A stretch of 64,000 bases of DNA from Leucoraja ocellata (Eukaryota), in assembly GCA_036785375.1 (NCBI GenBank), contig JAWMAR010000102.1:4278001-4342000 (forward strand), read 5' to 3'. The notes under the pieces are model-generated. The model did no database searches, was not told where the DNA came from, and saw nothing but the letters and a program-made list of their open reading frames with translations. Of the stretch, positions 1-12,060 are shown piece by piece (within the stretch, counting starts at the first letter, position 1; the number at the start of each line of letters is the position of its first letter). Both the position numbers and the translations under genes were made by a program.

Positions 1-6
1 CCTGAC

Positions 7-142
7 CTGTCCATCCCTTGGCATTCTCCTTGACGACAGAAGCATTGTTTTGAAGCAGCACTTCCACACATTCCAAGTGTCCAAGAGAGACGGCGAGGTG
101 CAATGGTGTCCGGCCCCGTGGATCAACTGTTTCAACGTCATG
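7..142 (-). CDS. ANKRD13A: ANKRD13A coding exon 2 (ankyrin repeats)
   Basis: Minus strand reads tccaacag|[45 protein letters not shown]+G|gtcagg. This matches the ANKRD13 N-terminal ankyrin repeat (human [23 protein letters not shown]). 136 nt. Confidence 0.93.
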
Positions 143-224
143 CTGTTGGAGAAAAGTGATGATTAATCCACATGAAGTACGAAAAAATCCATTTTGAAAA
201 TGGCTCGGTATGTCTCATCAGATG

Positions 225-531
225 GTCATCAGGAATAGCAGTAGAATTAGGCCATTCGGCCCATCAAGTCTACTCCCCCATTCAATCATGGCTGATCTAT
301 CCCTCCCTCCTAACCCCATTCTCCTGCCTTCTCCCCATAACCTCCGACACCTGCAGTAATCAAGAATCTATCTTGGCCTTAAAAATATCAATTGACGGCC
401 TCCACAGCCTTCTGTAGCAAATTCCACAGATTCATCACCCTCTGACTAAATAAATTTCTCCTCCTCCCCTTCCTAAAAGCACGTCCTTTAATTCTGAGGC
501 TATGACCTCTAGTCGTAGACTCTCCCAACAG
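225..531 (-). mobile_element. CR1/HER1-type LINE 3' fragment
   Basis: gaattaggccattcggccc...ttcaatcatggctgatcta...attccacagattc; same 3' end as the 6325-7260 copy. Confidence 0.8.
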
Positions 532-550
532 GAACACGAGATGAAACTAT

Positions 551-856
551 AGTTTAGTTTAGGGATACAGCACAGAAACAGAGTTTTCAGCCCACCGAGC
601 CAGTGTGGACCAGTGATCCCTGTGCACTAGCACTATTCTACACACTCGGGGCAATTTACAATGTTTACCGAATCCAATTAAGCTACAAACTGTATGTCTT
701 TGAAGTGTGGAGGAAACTGGAGCACCTGGAGAAAACCCATGCAGTCACGTGGAGAACATACAAACTCCGTACGGACAGCACCCGTAGTCAGGATCGAATC
801 TGGGTCTCTGGCGCAGAGAGGCAGCAACTCTACCGCTGCTGCCACCGTGCCGCCCC
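551..856 (-). mobile_element. tRNA-derived V-SINE (HE1-like), near full length
   Basis: Reverse strand: ggcggcacggtggcagcagcggtagagttgctgcc head with A/B-box-like motifs, central ggtgctccagtttcctccacac V-domain, and ctaaactaaa tail. Confidence 0.85.
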
Positions 857-1239
857 AACAGATCTGGAATGTTTTGGTTTCAATACATTATCCATGGCTA
901 TTTAGGAGATGTTAAATAAGACAATAGTATCTCCTTTGTGGGAGACAGGAACACAATTTACTGCTCCAAGCAAGGATATTTAAAGCGAAAATCCAAAAGT
1001 TCTGTTTTGATCCCTGCTCTGTTGATCTTGTTCAAAAAAGCCTGTTGACCATGTTTTGGCACAAGTCCCTTCACTGATCAATACTGTGCTGCTACTCACT
1101 GCTTTAACCCATGTACAAAATAACTCTTTGGGATATACTTGAGAGTCAAAGGTTTCAAAACATTGAATAGGAAATATCTTATATTATTGAGGGGAGCAAG
1201 ACTAGTAATGGTGGAGATCAGCTTCATTTTTATAGACCA

Positions 1240-1384
1240 TAGACACAAAATGTTGGTCTATCGAAGGGCTCCAACCCAAAACGCCATTCTTTTCTTTCCC
1301 CGGAAATGCTGCCTGTCCCACTGAGACACTCCAGCATTTTGCATCTATATTCGGTATTAACCAGTATTTACAGTTCCTTCCTAC
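1240..1384 (+). mobile_element. Penelope-like terminal repeat fragment
   Basis: gaagggctccaacccaaaacgcc...tgctgcctgtcccactgag...ctccagcattttg, shared with many copies in the window. Confidence 0.7.
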
Positions 1385-1534
1385 CTATTCATTCTTACAG
1401 TTCTTCTTGGAGATGAGTGTTGCTTGAATGCAGGAGGATTGAAAATTTACGCACATTTGATTTGTGCATTTTAGAAATAACACCTCCGTTTTCTTTTTGA
1501 CCAAATTTACAACCTCTTTGGTCATTTTACCTTT

Positions 1535-1752
1535 GTTCCGTAACATATTTGTTTTACGAGACAGGGTTGCTAGCCCTGTGCTCAACCTCCAACTTGGAGG
1601 ACCAGTGGATCGCTCTTCGTCTCGCCTCTACCCTTCGCCCTGTCCAGCATGGAACACCCTAACAGGAGACGAATCTCCCGCTGGCAAAGCTCTAGGGGCA
1701 CTGAGACACACAAGCTCCCTGACCACAACAAGGTTGCAATCCAACAGGGAGT
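1535..1752 (-). mobile_element. RTE-clade retroelement 5' region or RTE-derived SINE
   Basis: Reverse strand ggattgcaaccttgttgtggtcagggagcttgtgtgtctcagtg...ggtcctccaagttggaggttgag...gggctagcaaccctgtctcgtaaaa resembles RTE (BovB/Expander) 5' UTRs as I recall them. Confidence 0.6.
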
Positions 1753-2104
1753 CTCTCTCTCTCTCTATTACATCTCAAATTGAAACCCTGGAACAGTGAA
1801 CTGTCTGTCATGTTGCTCTTGTAACCACATTTCCATCATGGCCACAACATCGCAGTCCCAAGCACCGTTCCTGGGTCGACGTTCATGTGCTTTCTTCACA
1901 ATACTCCTTGCATTGAAATAAACTCACTTCAGGCCATCAGCTTCACCATATTCTTTCGCCTCTCCCTGCATGAAACATACTGGTCCTAATCTCTACTTTC
2001 CCCATCACTAGTTCCAATTGCTGACCTACTACTCTGGCACCCACCCTGGTCTCCCTAGTTTAAATCCTCCCGAGGGGTGGGGCAAGAGCTGGCAAGTGAT
2101 TCAA

Positions 2105-2400
2105 GGAACAACACAGAGTGCTGTAGTAACTCAGAGGGTCATGCAGCTTCTCTGGAGAGCATCGATAGGTGACATTTCAGGTCAGACTGATGGATGGATC
2201 CAGGTAAGGAGTGATTAGGTGGCAGATAATCAGGGGAGGAGTAGAAGGGTGGAGATAGAAGCCAAGACTGGAGGCAATAAGAGGAGAAGATAAAAATGAT
2301 GTAAATGGTGGAATCTGAAGGTGGGGAATGAATGCAGGCAAGGATAGTGGGTAGAAGGAAAGGGGGGGGGAGATAAAAATGGGGTGAATGCAAAGTAATG
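2105..2400 (-). mobile_element. Penelope-like 3' end fragment
   Basis: acacagagtgctgtagtaactcag...gataggtgacatttcaggtcagact followed by a purine-rich UTR complement. Confidence 0.65.
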
Positions 2401-3149
2401 TGAAGCAAAGTGTATTTTAAGGTAAATTAACTGCTTACATTCAAAATACAACAATGGGACTGTATTTTAAGACACACATTTTTTGAAAGTGACTATATTA
2501 AAATAATTGTTAAAAATGGTCAACTTTATAGATCGCAAAGCTTTTACAAAATACCTGTTTAGGAACAGCTGAAACAATATTTTTAATTCTGTGCACTGCA
2601 TTTCAGGATGTCAAGTGCTTTCCAGGCAAGAGTCATTAGGATACTAATAGGCATGAAGGACTGAAGAGACCAGAGTTGTTTTCCATAGAGAAAAGGGACT
2701 CAATTAAGGAGACAGTAGGAAGAAATTGTTTCCATTCCAAGGGATTTCCTTAACTAGATGATGCAAACTGTGAAAGCAGTTAGAAAAACCCAGGGGGTGA
2801 TTGATTTGCAAAGATTGAAACAGCAAAATTGTAGCATTCTGTGATGTAATACCTGCAAGTGTAGTTTAACAGTGGCTTTTAACGTGGAAATGGATATAAA
2901 GTTGAATGGGAACATTTACATGGCATTTGGGAAAATGGAGTGAAAATTTGGCACAGCCACAAAAGACAGAATGTGCAACTTCCGTGCTGAATCATAACTT
3001 ATCATAACTATATATTTTTGTTTTGTTTCCCCCCCCACTTAATTCCAAAAGGTCTTGCTTAAACCATCAATTAAGTTGTTAATCACGGTAACCTTGGTGA
3101 CTAATTATGAACTCGCATCAGTATCCAGCATGATGAATACATTAGCAAA

Positions 3150-3865
3150 ACCAGACTGCTGGAGGGACTCAATGGTCAGGCAGCATCGGTGATGGGAAAT
3201 GGACAGCTGATATTTTGAGATGGGACCTTCCTTCAGACTAGAGTAGAATGAGATAGCTAGTAGAGACAAGATGGGTAGAGGTGGGGCAAGAACTGCCAAT
3301 GTGATAGGTGGATCCAGGTGGAGGGTCTCGGCCCGAAACATCACCCATTTCTTCTCTCCAGAGTTACTCTCTCCCGCTGAGTTACTCCGGCATTTTGTGT
3401 CTATCTTCTGGAAGGGTTGGTTGCCAGACAGGTCAGGTGGTGGAGATAGCAATCATCGCGGGTGATGATGAGCGAAGACAAAAGGGTACAAATTGTGGAA
3501 CCTAAGAAGAAAGGAAGGACAGGTGGAGTACAAAGACAAATCCCAACCACAAATGATGTCTGACCATTTCCCTCAGATGCTACATAACCCCGAGTTCTAC
3601 CGGCAGCCTGATTTATTGCTCAAGATTCCAGCATCTGCATTCTCTCGTGTCCCCATCATGAATATTTATTCACCCCATGTTTTGATTATTCATCCCCAGC
3701 ATCTTAACCAGGTATCAAAACATAAGGACCCTACTAGTCTGAAGAACTGAGAACATTTTCTCCTGATACGTCACTCTTATCCATTCCCTCCACAGATGCT
3801 GCATGACCCGTTGAGTTACTCCAGCACTTTGTTTTGCCCAAGATTCCAGCATCTGCAATTCCTTG
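3150..3865. mobile_element. Cluster of Penelope-like terminal repeats in both orientations
   Basis: Copies at about 3150-3245 (-), 3320-3410 (+), 3560-3645 (+) and 3735-3865 (+). Confidence 0.65.
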
Positions 3866-3997
3866 TATCTCCATTTATTAACTTTGAATTGTTTTCTCAT
3901 ACGAACACCACAGGTTAGCGCTTTGATTAACAGTGATCAATTCAGCTTCAACTGTATTCACTCAGAATCTGTCCCTACCAGAGTGATGACTGGAAAT

Positions 3998-4043
3998 TCA
4001 GGCCTTGGCTAGGATCAGTGATCAGGCCTTGGCTAGGATCAGT
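3998..4043. repeat. 24-bp-period tandem duplication
   Basis: tcaggccttggctaggatcagt occurs twice, separated by ga. Confidence 0.85.
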
Positions 4044-4216
4044 AATTTAGGTAAGCAACTGGGAGAGTTTAATTTTATAATGTAGCTACCTCAAAATTAG
4101 TTAAAACAATCCAGGAAGTTGTTGGGATTTCCCTAACAACAACTGTAAAGGCGACTTCCGTTCGTTCTGATGAGCCGACATGGTATAAATGGAGACTTTC
4201 TCTGGCAGTAACTCAC

Positions 4217-4309
4217 CTGCTTCAGTTCCTTCTCGACCTCTCTGTACCGGTTGTGCCAAACGAGCAGATGGAGCCTGTATTTGTTCCTGATGTCTTCCAA
4301 TGTACACAT
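4217..4309 (-). CDS. ANKRD13A: ANKRD13A coding exon 1
   Basis: ATG at 4309 gives MCTLEDIRNKYRLHLLVWHNRYREVEKELKQ|gtgagt (human YPLHLLVWKNDYRQLEKEL). Phase 0 joins exon 2. Head-to-head with GIT2, as in human. Confidence 0.92.
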
Positions 4310-4479
4310 CCTAGCCTCACCATCCATACAGGGAGGGGTGGGGTGGGAGGGGAAACAAACCTCCCCTTCGTTCGTCTCCTCTACAACGAGGTGCAGCAAG
4401 GGTGGAGAGGGGAGAGCGGGGGAGAATAAAAACTTTCAAACTTTCCGAAAACTTCACAGGGGATGAATTCCCCGCACAA

Positions 4480-5260
4480 CAACAACAAGGAAATGCTGCC
4501 GCACAACTGGAGGAGAGGGCGGGCGGGCGCCTCGACGCCCCTTCCAGCCGCCGCTAGCGACCTAGGCGTCCACAAAGAAACAAATCATAAAATACCCCCA
4601 CCCTTGGCTCCTTGAGGGGCCCAGAAACGTTGATTTGATGATTTGAAACGGCGATTATGTGGAAACCATCGCCGCCCCCTCTCCTCCCTGTTGCTGTGGT
4701 TAGTTCCACGTTGGTCGCATGTGTCCACAGCAGGGAACATGGGTGGCATCTAACAATTTCCACCCAGGGTGAAATCAACCTCGCCTGTGTTTTTTTGGAT
4801 TGAAAGTAGATAAATTCTGTATTTTTCCCTCACATGGTCAACAACCACCGGTGTTTCAAAGGCCCAGCGTCGTAATTGAGACTTATTATTGGCAGTGACT
4901 CCCCCTCCGGTGGTGGTAGGGCTGGGAGTAGGCGCATGCGCAGGTGGGTCCCGCCGCGCCTGGCGGTCCTCCGGTATCCCGGCATCCCGCTCGGCGTCTC
5001 CAGGCAGCCGGAGGCCGGGCTCGAGCGAGCGCGCCGACAACTCCGCTCCCGCTCCCGCTCCCCAGCCCGGCGCTTGATGGCGGCTCCCCGCTAACCTCGA
5101 GCTTTACACCGCACCATCTCTCGACGGAAACACCCCCCCCCCCCGCCAAAACAACAACAAAAAACTAACTCTGAACTTGGGGCGCGATCTTACCGGCTGT
5201 CCATGTCGAAGAGGTTAAGGAGCATCGACGTCTGCGCTGACTGCAGTGTCGCCGGTAAGT
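4480..5260. promoter_or_regulatory. CpG-island bidirectional promoter between ANKRD13A and GIT2
   Basis: GC/CpG-rich stretch between divergent ATGs at 4309 and 5203. NRF1-type palindrome GCGCATGCGC at 4932-4941, reverse CCAAT (ATTGG) at 4888-4892, GC boxes (GGGCGG) near 4517-4527. Confidence 0.8.
5203..5254 (+). CDS. GIT2: GIT2 exon 1 (ArfGAP zinc finger start)
   Basis: MSKRLRSIDVCADCSVA+G|gtaagt (human GIT2 MSKRLRSSEVCADCSGP). 52 nt. Confidence 0.96.
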
Positions 5261-6324
5261 GGAGGCGAACAGTGTGTGGGGAAGGGAAGGGAAGGGGAGC
5301 AGGGTCTCTAGAAAGATCTAACTCCTCTCAAACGTTAGTGCTGCGCCGTGCCTGGCACTCTCAAACATGTCGGGCAACTGAGAGAGGAAATGCAAGCGAG
5401 ATCACAGAGGAAGTGAGGGAAGTTCAACATAACATAACATGAATTCCAACTTACTTCTGCTGTTTATCTTCACTTCCAGTGCAGCTGTAACACTATATCC
5501 TATGTCGCGTGGAACTATTCACTCACTTCTATCCCCAGCCAGTCTTTTGTTACTCACTGATTTCTCTACCACCCTATTTCTGGTACTACATCAACTCTCA
5601 TTTCTTCTACCATCAATCACCCATTTGCTGTGGGGTAATATTCGTTCAAGTAGCACCAGATGAGTTGTATAAACATGCGGGTTGCATGCATCCAGAGAGC
5701 GTAAATCAAACACTCCAACACTTCACCATTTCCTGTTATTTATGGACATGGGTTAACAAAGTCCTGTGGAGCATGGAGCCCACGGGCGAATGACAGGAAA
5801 GAAACAGGAAATGCTGGAGGTACTCACCAGACCAAACAGTGTCAATGGAGGGAGTGTTAAACTTTCATTGAAACTGGGAAAAGTTAAATGGTAAAACAGA
5901 CAGGGCAATACTTGAAAGTACCAGGAAAGAGGCACTAAACATATTTTTGTGTAACAAAAGATTGGAAGGGGAGAAATGAGAGATCAAATGAAATCATTTG
6001 GCAAAAACAATGATGGAAATGGTAAAGCTGTTTATTTGAAATGGAATCTGGATGTCCATCAGATGGACGGTTGTTCTCGAGTTTAGTTTGAAGATTGTTG
6101 AAATGATGCTAGTGAAAGTTCTCAGTCACGTTTACAAACTGAATGGAGTCTTTTCTGCAGACAGCCAGTCTGTGTGTTTGCCCGTTTATTGGTTTATTAT
6201 TGTCATGTGTACTGAGATACAGGATTTAACTTTTGTGATATCCAGACAAATCAAACCGTACATGCAAAAGAGAAGATAATTAGAATATGGTGTTACAACT
6301 ACAGTGGAAGTGAAGCCAAAAGAC

Positions 6325-7260
6325 AATAGGTGCAGGAGTAGGCCATTCGGCCCTTCGAGCCAGCACCGCCATTCACTGTGATTGTGGCTGATCATCCATA
6401 ATCGGTACCCCGTTCCTGCCCTCCCCCACATCCCCTGACTCTGCTATCTTTAAAGCTCTATCTAACTCTCTCTTGAAAGCATCCAGAGAATTGGCCTCCA
6501 CTTCCTTCTGAGGCAGAGAATTCCACAGATTCACAACCCTCTGCGTGAAAAGGTTTTGCCTCATCTCTGTTCTAAATGGCTCACCACTTATTCTTAAACT
6601 GTGGCCCCTGGTTCTGGACTCCCCCAACATCGGGGAACATGTTTCCTGCCTCTAGCGTGTCCAAACCCTTAATAGTCTTATACGTTTCAATAAGATCTCC
6701 TCTCATCCTTCTAAATTCCAGAGTATGCAAGCCCAGTTGCTCCGTTCTATCAACATATGACAGTCCCGCCATCCTGAGAATTAACCTCGTGAACCTACGT
6801 TGCACTCCCTCAAAAGCAAGAATGTCTTTCCTCAAATTTGGAGACCAATACTCAATAGGGCCCTGTACAACTGCAGAAGGACCTCTTTGCTACTATACTC
6901 AACTCCTCTTGTAATGAAGGCCAACATGCCATTTGCTTTCTTCACTGCCTGCTGTACCTGCATACTTACTTTCAGTGACTGATGAACAAGGACCCCCAGA
7001 TCTCATTGCACTTCCCCTTTTCCCAACTTGACTCTATTCAAATAATAATCTGCCTTCCTGTTTTTGCCACCAAAGTGGATAACCTCACACTTATCCACAT
7101 TAAACTGCATCTGCCATGCATCTGTCCACTCACCCAACCTGTCCATGTCACCCTACATCCTCATAGCATCCTCCTCGCAGTTCACACTGCCACCCACCTT
7201 TGTGTCATCTGCAAATTTGCTAATGCTACTTTTAATCCCTTCATCTAAATCATTAATGTA
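6325..7260 (-). mobile_element. CR1/HER1-type LINE, 5'-truncated, with RT C-terminus
   Basis: Minus strand encodes the ISKFADDTK RT motif (about 7195-7230) and EGVQRRFTRLI...LEFRRMRGDLIETYK and FTQRVVNLWNSLPQ, typical of CR1 ORF2. Has an internal deletion. Confidence 0.92.
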
Positions 7261-7324
7261 TATCTATGAAGATTTAAAAAAGTGCAAGGGCAGTAGTGAG
7301 GTAAGTTTGAAGATAGTGAATGAT

Positions 7325-7780
7325 AGATAAGAAGGGTCCATTCTAGAGTGTGATGACAGTGGGGAAGAAGCTGTTCTTGAAGCTTTTATATCTTCTACCT
7401 GAAGAAGAGAGAATGGCCTGCGTGTAAGTGATAATGATTGACTGTTCCCGACAGCATGAAGTATAGATGCAGTCTATAGGCAAAGTGGGGGAGGCTGGTT
7501 TGTGTGATGGCCTGGGCTGCGTTCACAATACTCTGCAATTGTTTTGCGATCTTGGGAAAAGCAATTGCTGTACCAAGCTGTGATGCATCTCAATAGGGTT
7601 CTTTCTTTGGTGCATCTGTAAAAAATTAGTAAGAGTTTTTGGATACATGTTGAATTTCCTTAAATCTTCTGAGGAAGTAAAGACGTTGGTGTATTTTTGG
7701 TCATAGTGTCAATGTGGTTAGACCAGAACGAATTGTTGGTGATATTTACATTAGAAACTTGAAGCTCTCAACCAATATGA
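7325..7780 (-). mobile_element. Rex1/Babar-type LINE 3' fragment
   Basis: Reverse strand contains QRLYFLRRFKE-like coding and an aacagcttcttccccactgtcatc 3' motif. Confidence 0.7.
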
Positions 7781-8174
7781 GTGAAATTGGTAGAAAGATT
7801 CAGCCGGTTGGGCAGCATTAGAGCTCGGATCTTCAACTGAAATGTTTCCAAAATGTTAAATGCTAAGATTTAAGTCTGACAAAAGATCTTTGACCTATAA
7901 TGTTAACTCTACGTATTCCACTGGTGCTGCCTGACCGTTCCAGGTTTCCATCATTTACAGTTTGTTGATTTTCACATCCTATGTGGTGCTATGTACTGTT
8001 TGTTGTGAGTGATACAATGCATATTCTATTATTGATGGTCCTTCCAATATAAATGGACATAACTGATATTAATGTTGCCTTATATTAAGAAAATAGATTT
8101 TCTTACAGAAAATGAATGTATCTCCTTATTGTAGTTGATACTACTTTTTAGATGCGAGAGATGTAGAAAAATTA

Positions 8175-8464
8175 AGGGCCTGTTCCACTGTACGAGGTAA
8201 TTCAAGAGGTCTCCCGAGTTTCCCCTGATTTGAATTCGGAGAATTACGGTATTAGCCGCTCGTAGGTACTCGGGCCTCTCGTGGACATTTTTAGACATGT
8301 TGAAAAAACTTCACGAGCTTACCTGCCATTAACGTTACGAGCTGCTAAGAGACGTCCCGAGCTCCGACGTACCCGCTACGTACATTCTACGTACTCTACG
8401 AGTTTGATTTTTTTTTTAAACTCTGGAGAGCTCTTGGGTAAACTCGTATAGTGGGACAGGCCCT
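8175..8464. mobile_element. Non-autonomous DNA transposon (MITE), TIR AGGGCCTGTCCCACT
   Basis: ttaagggcctgttccactgtacgag ... ctcgtatagtgggacaggcccttaa; CpG-rich interior. Confidence 0.85.
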
Positions 8465-9809
8465 TAACAAATGCTGGTTTTGTGCAACATGTAACAAATA
8501 TTAGTAATTATAAATACCACATGATATAAATTGCATCGCTCTGAATAATGCTTTGGAAAGAATTTACCCAAGTCAATGAAACATTGTCAATGTTTTGGTT
8601 GACAAGTTTTTTTTTAAATAAATCTATTGTAATTTGCAAAGCGCTTGCTTAATTTTCAGCATCTTGTCTGTCAGTGCCACATACCAACAATAGCACTAAC
8701 AATATCGTGCCATTGTGTAGTTAGGTATCTATGCTCAAATACTTGCAAAATCTCAAGGAAGTGCTTAGTTACAAAATAAACTTGGGTGCAATGAAGAGTC
8801 TGGGGAGAAAGACTTAATTATAATATATTATCTTTTATGAAGTTTCTTTCATTTGGACAAAAGATAATTAGATTTTCTGCACTTTTAATCACAATATTAA
8901 ATAACTTTGTACTCTGAATTTTTGAATCCACCATGATTAGCTGCAGTGCATTTTGATTTTTGGGATCATTTACTGTGGTTGCCTTCAGTGTTGAGGCATC
9001 ACCATTATATAACAATGATTATCTTCAGGCTGTTTGGAAGGGAATGAAACAAAATTGCTTTTGGGAGCTGAAAAAAAATCCTGTAATCAATTTATAAGAC
9101 TGCCACTGGCAAAGGGCAAGAGTTGAAGTATAAACTCGTCTTGGTGTTTGTTGCACAAATTAAATCAAAGGATTTACTTCCAGCAAACATTGTGCTGATT
9201 AAATATGTATTTATTTTCTTTTGCATTGTGTAAAAATTAAAAATATATGCTCTTTTCAATTCTGTTTCTAGTGGGATACATCATAATAATCCATGTAATA
9301 TTATTAGTTAATTTTGAGTATCTTCCTGTGTATCATTTGTATCATTTCTATTCTGCTTATTAATTAGTTCATTAGTACTACTGCTACTCCAGTGTTTCAT
9401 TCCTTCTATGTGCGTTTGAATATATGAACTTTATGCACCATATGCCTGTATTGTGAAATAACTTAAGCAATAGTTATCTACATCTATCAAGAAGTTGCTC
9501 AGATGGAGGGAGTGATTGTAATTTAACAAGAGATATTTGTTAGTAAGAAATCTATCATTATAATTGTTGGAAATATTTTGAAGCTGTGAATTGTTTTCCA
9601 CAAATATAAATTTGAACATTGAGTATATATCTTCCCTTTGAGTCATTTATTTCATTCAGAAAACTCTGCTGCTTAGTTGCACTGTACTAAATAATCCCAT
9701 TGACAACATTACCACCTGGACTCTTGGAAACTTTTAATGGCAGCAACAAATTTAGAGGAAGCAAATAACATCTGGTGTCCTCATAGTTGGTATAACATCA
9801 AGAATTGCA

Positions 9810-10685
9810 CTTGGTGAGGGAGGAGGTATAGGGAGAGGTGTTGCAAGGGTAAATACCTGGGGAGGGGGTGGTTTGGGCGAGAGGGGATGAGTGAACCAAG
9901 GAGTTCTCTATGGAGGGTGGAAGCAGTGGGGATGGGAATATGCAATTGCTGGTGGTCCCTAGCAGTCCTTCCAGGTGAGACAGAGTTTCACATGCACCTC
10001 TAACTTTGTCTACTGCATTTAGTTTTCTCGATGTGGCTTCCCCAAACTCGGCGAGACCGAGAATAGACTAGCCGACCCTTTCGGCGAATAGTTGCACTCG
10101 GTCCACCAAGGCCTGTTGGATCTCCTGGAGTTAACCATTTTAACTCCCAATTTCCAAATTACCCTGGCTGCCCTGGGTAACCTCCATTGCTAGAGGGAGG
10201 CCTCATGTAACCTAGAGAATTGGCACCTCGTATTCCGCTTGGGTAGCTTACAGCCTAATGGTATGAATAATGATTCCTCCAATTATAGGTGACTAATCTG
10301 CAAACAACCCTACACTCAACCCCCCCCCCCCCCTTTTTTTTTCCATCCCCCTCTTCCTTGTGCACCACCTTGATTCACATTCATTTATCCCCTTGTCCCC
10401 TTCCATTTATATTTCGGCCTCTCACTTCACAATTTACATGTCTATCCTTATCTCACACTTTGTTTTTTAATCTCTGGCCCTAGTCCAATCAATCAAAGAC
10501 CTCCCTCACCCGTATCTACCTATCATTTGCCAGGCTGTGTCTTTCCACCACCTCATCCAGCTTTCTCCTCCCCCTTCCCGCACCCCCACCCCATCACAAT
10601 CACACTGGAGAAATGTGCTGATCCAAAATGTCACCTTTCCATTTTCTCCAGAGATGCTGCTTGGCCCGCTGAGTTATTCCAGCTC
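9810..10685 (+). mobile_element. Penelope-like element: decayed GIY-YIG endonuclease, 3' UTR and terminal repeat
   Basis: FQVRQSFTCTSNFVYCI*FSRCG...GETENRLADPFGE and HLVFRLGSLQPNGMN, then the terminal repeat at 10605-10683. An apparently inverted 5' piece lies at about 9810-9955. Confidence 0.85.
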
Positions 10686-11559
10686 TCAGTAGTACTCTTA
10701 TAGTCTTTTAGATTCAGAAAGAGCAAACCATCTTGAACAATGACAAAAGTGTTATTCTTCTGATGGATGAAAGTGGCTGGGTAAATTGAACAACTGGGCA
10801 ATTTGTGACCATTTGTGTATTTCGCAAAAAGTGTTATATCTGGTACTCTTTAGAAAATATTTTGACTTGAAAAAATGAACCCTTTACATCAGTAAATTAA
10901 TTTCAAAAGGGGTATTGCCTCATCACTAGTTCTAGTTTCTAAATTCTATTTTGCTGTTGTTGATCAAACTACATAAAATCTTTCAAAAATATAGAAAAGC
11001 ACGTTGATTTATTGATTTGTTGCGGCCATTGGTGTATAATCAATGTTATTGTGCTGTGGCTAGAAAGGTAATCAAACACAATGTGAGCCGCACGCAATAT
11101 TTACATTACCAGTTCTCTCGAAAGTCGTCTTGTAACCAAGATGCTGTGTTTATGTTGTAATGTATTTATATCAAAGGTGGCCTTGTTTATTTTTAAACAT
11201 ATTAAGGAGTTTATTTAACCATGGATGTAAATAGTTTTAATGACTAGTGCTATGAGCTGCTATTCAAATATTCTGCACTTAATTACTGTTGCAAATTTGA
11301 TCTGTAATTCAAATTAAAGATTTGAAATTGAATTTGTAATTTCAGATTCAGATAAAGATGTGATTATAAGAATAATGAGCTTTCAAAATGGGAAATATCT
11401 TTGTATAAGCCATTCAAGATATACAACATATACTCTTAGTTTCCTACTGCCTACATAAGCTGTAGCCAGCGAACTGAGTACTGGGGAAATTTTGTATTCA
11501 AACTATGATATGCTGATATGTTTGGAGGGAAAAAGGACCTTGTATTGCATGTCCAGAGA

Positions 11560-12060
11560 TCCTTGAATAAAGAAGACGGATAAATATGTTGAGGGAGCAT
11601 AGCATTGTTCTCTTGGCCTGAGTTTTATAATCCAAGAGCAGGAATGCTGTGCTTGAACTGTTTAATATGTTAGCCCAGAGCTGAAATATTGTCATGCATT
11701 GGCTTTCTGCTCACTGGTTAGCACGCAACACAAGCTTTTCCCTGTACCTCGGTACATGACAATAAACGAAACTGTAATATGGCATACAGTTCCAGTGCTA
11801 TAGTACTAAAGAGTGTACAGTTGAGATTTGAGGGAGTTGGGGCTGGAGAAATACAATTGTGAATAAAGATTGGGTCTATATTTTGTAAAACGTATTAAGC
11901 TGAGGGAAGGAATAATTGATTATAACAGCGAGAGCTTTGGGATGACTTAATGATGGAGGTATTTAATGCAGCAGAGACATCAGTAATTGGGGGTTAGATT
12001 TAAGGTATTTGGGAATTTAGAGTGTTGACCTTTCACTCAAAACGGGTTTGGAACTCCTGT
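11560..12060 (+). mobile_element. Old CR1-type LINE fragment
   Basis: Degenerate match to CR1 ORF2 3' half (ctgaaatattgt, ctttcactcaaa...tggaactcc). Confidence 0.5.

Noticed and set aside
551-856. tRNA-like heads with A/B boxes as tRNA genes
   Set aside because: They continue into the SINE body and tail, occur in many diverged copies, and form no complete cloverleaf.
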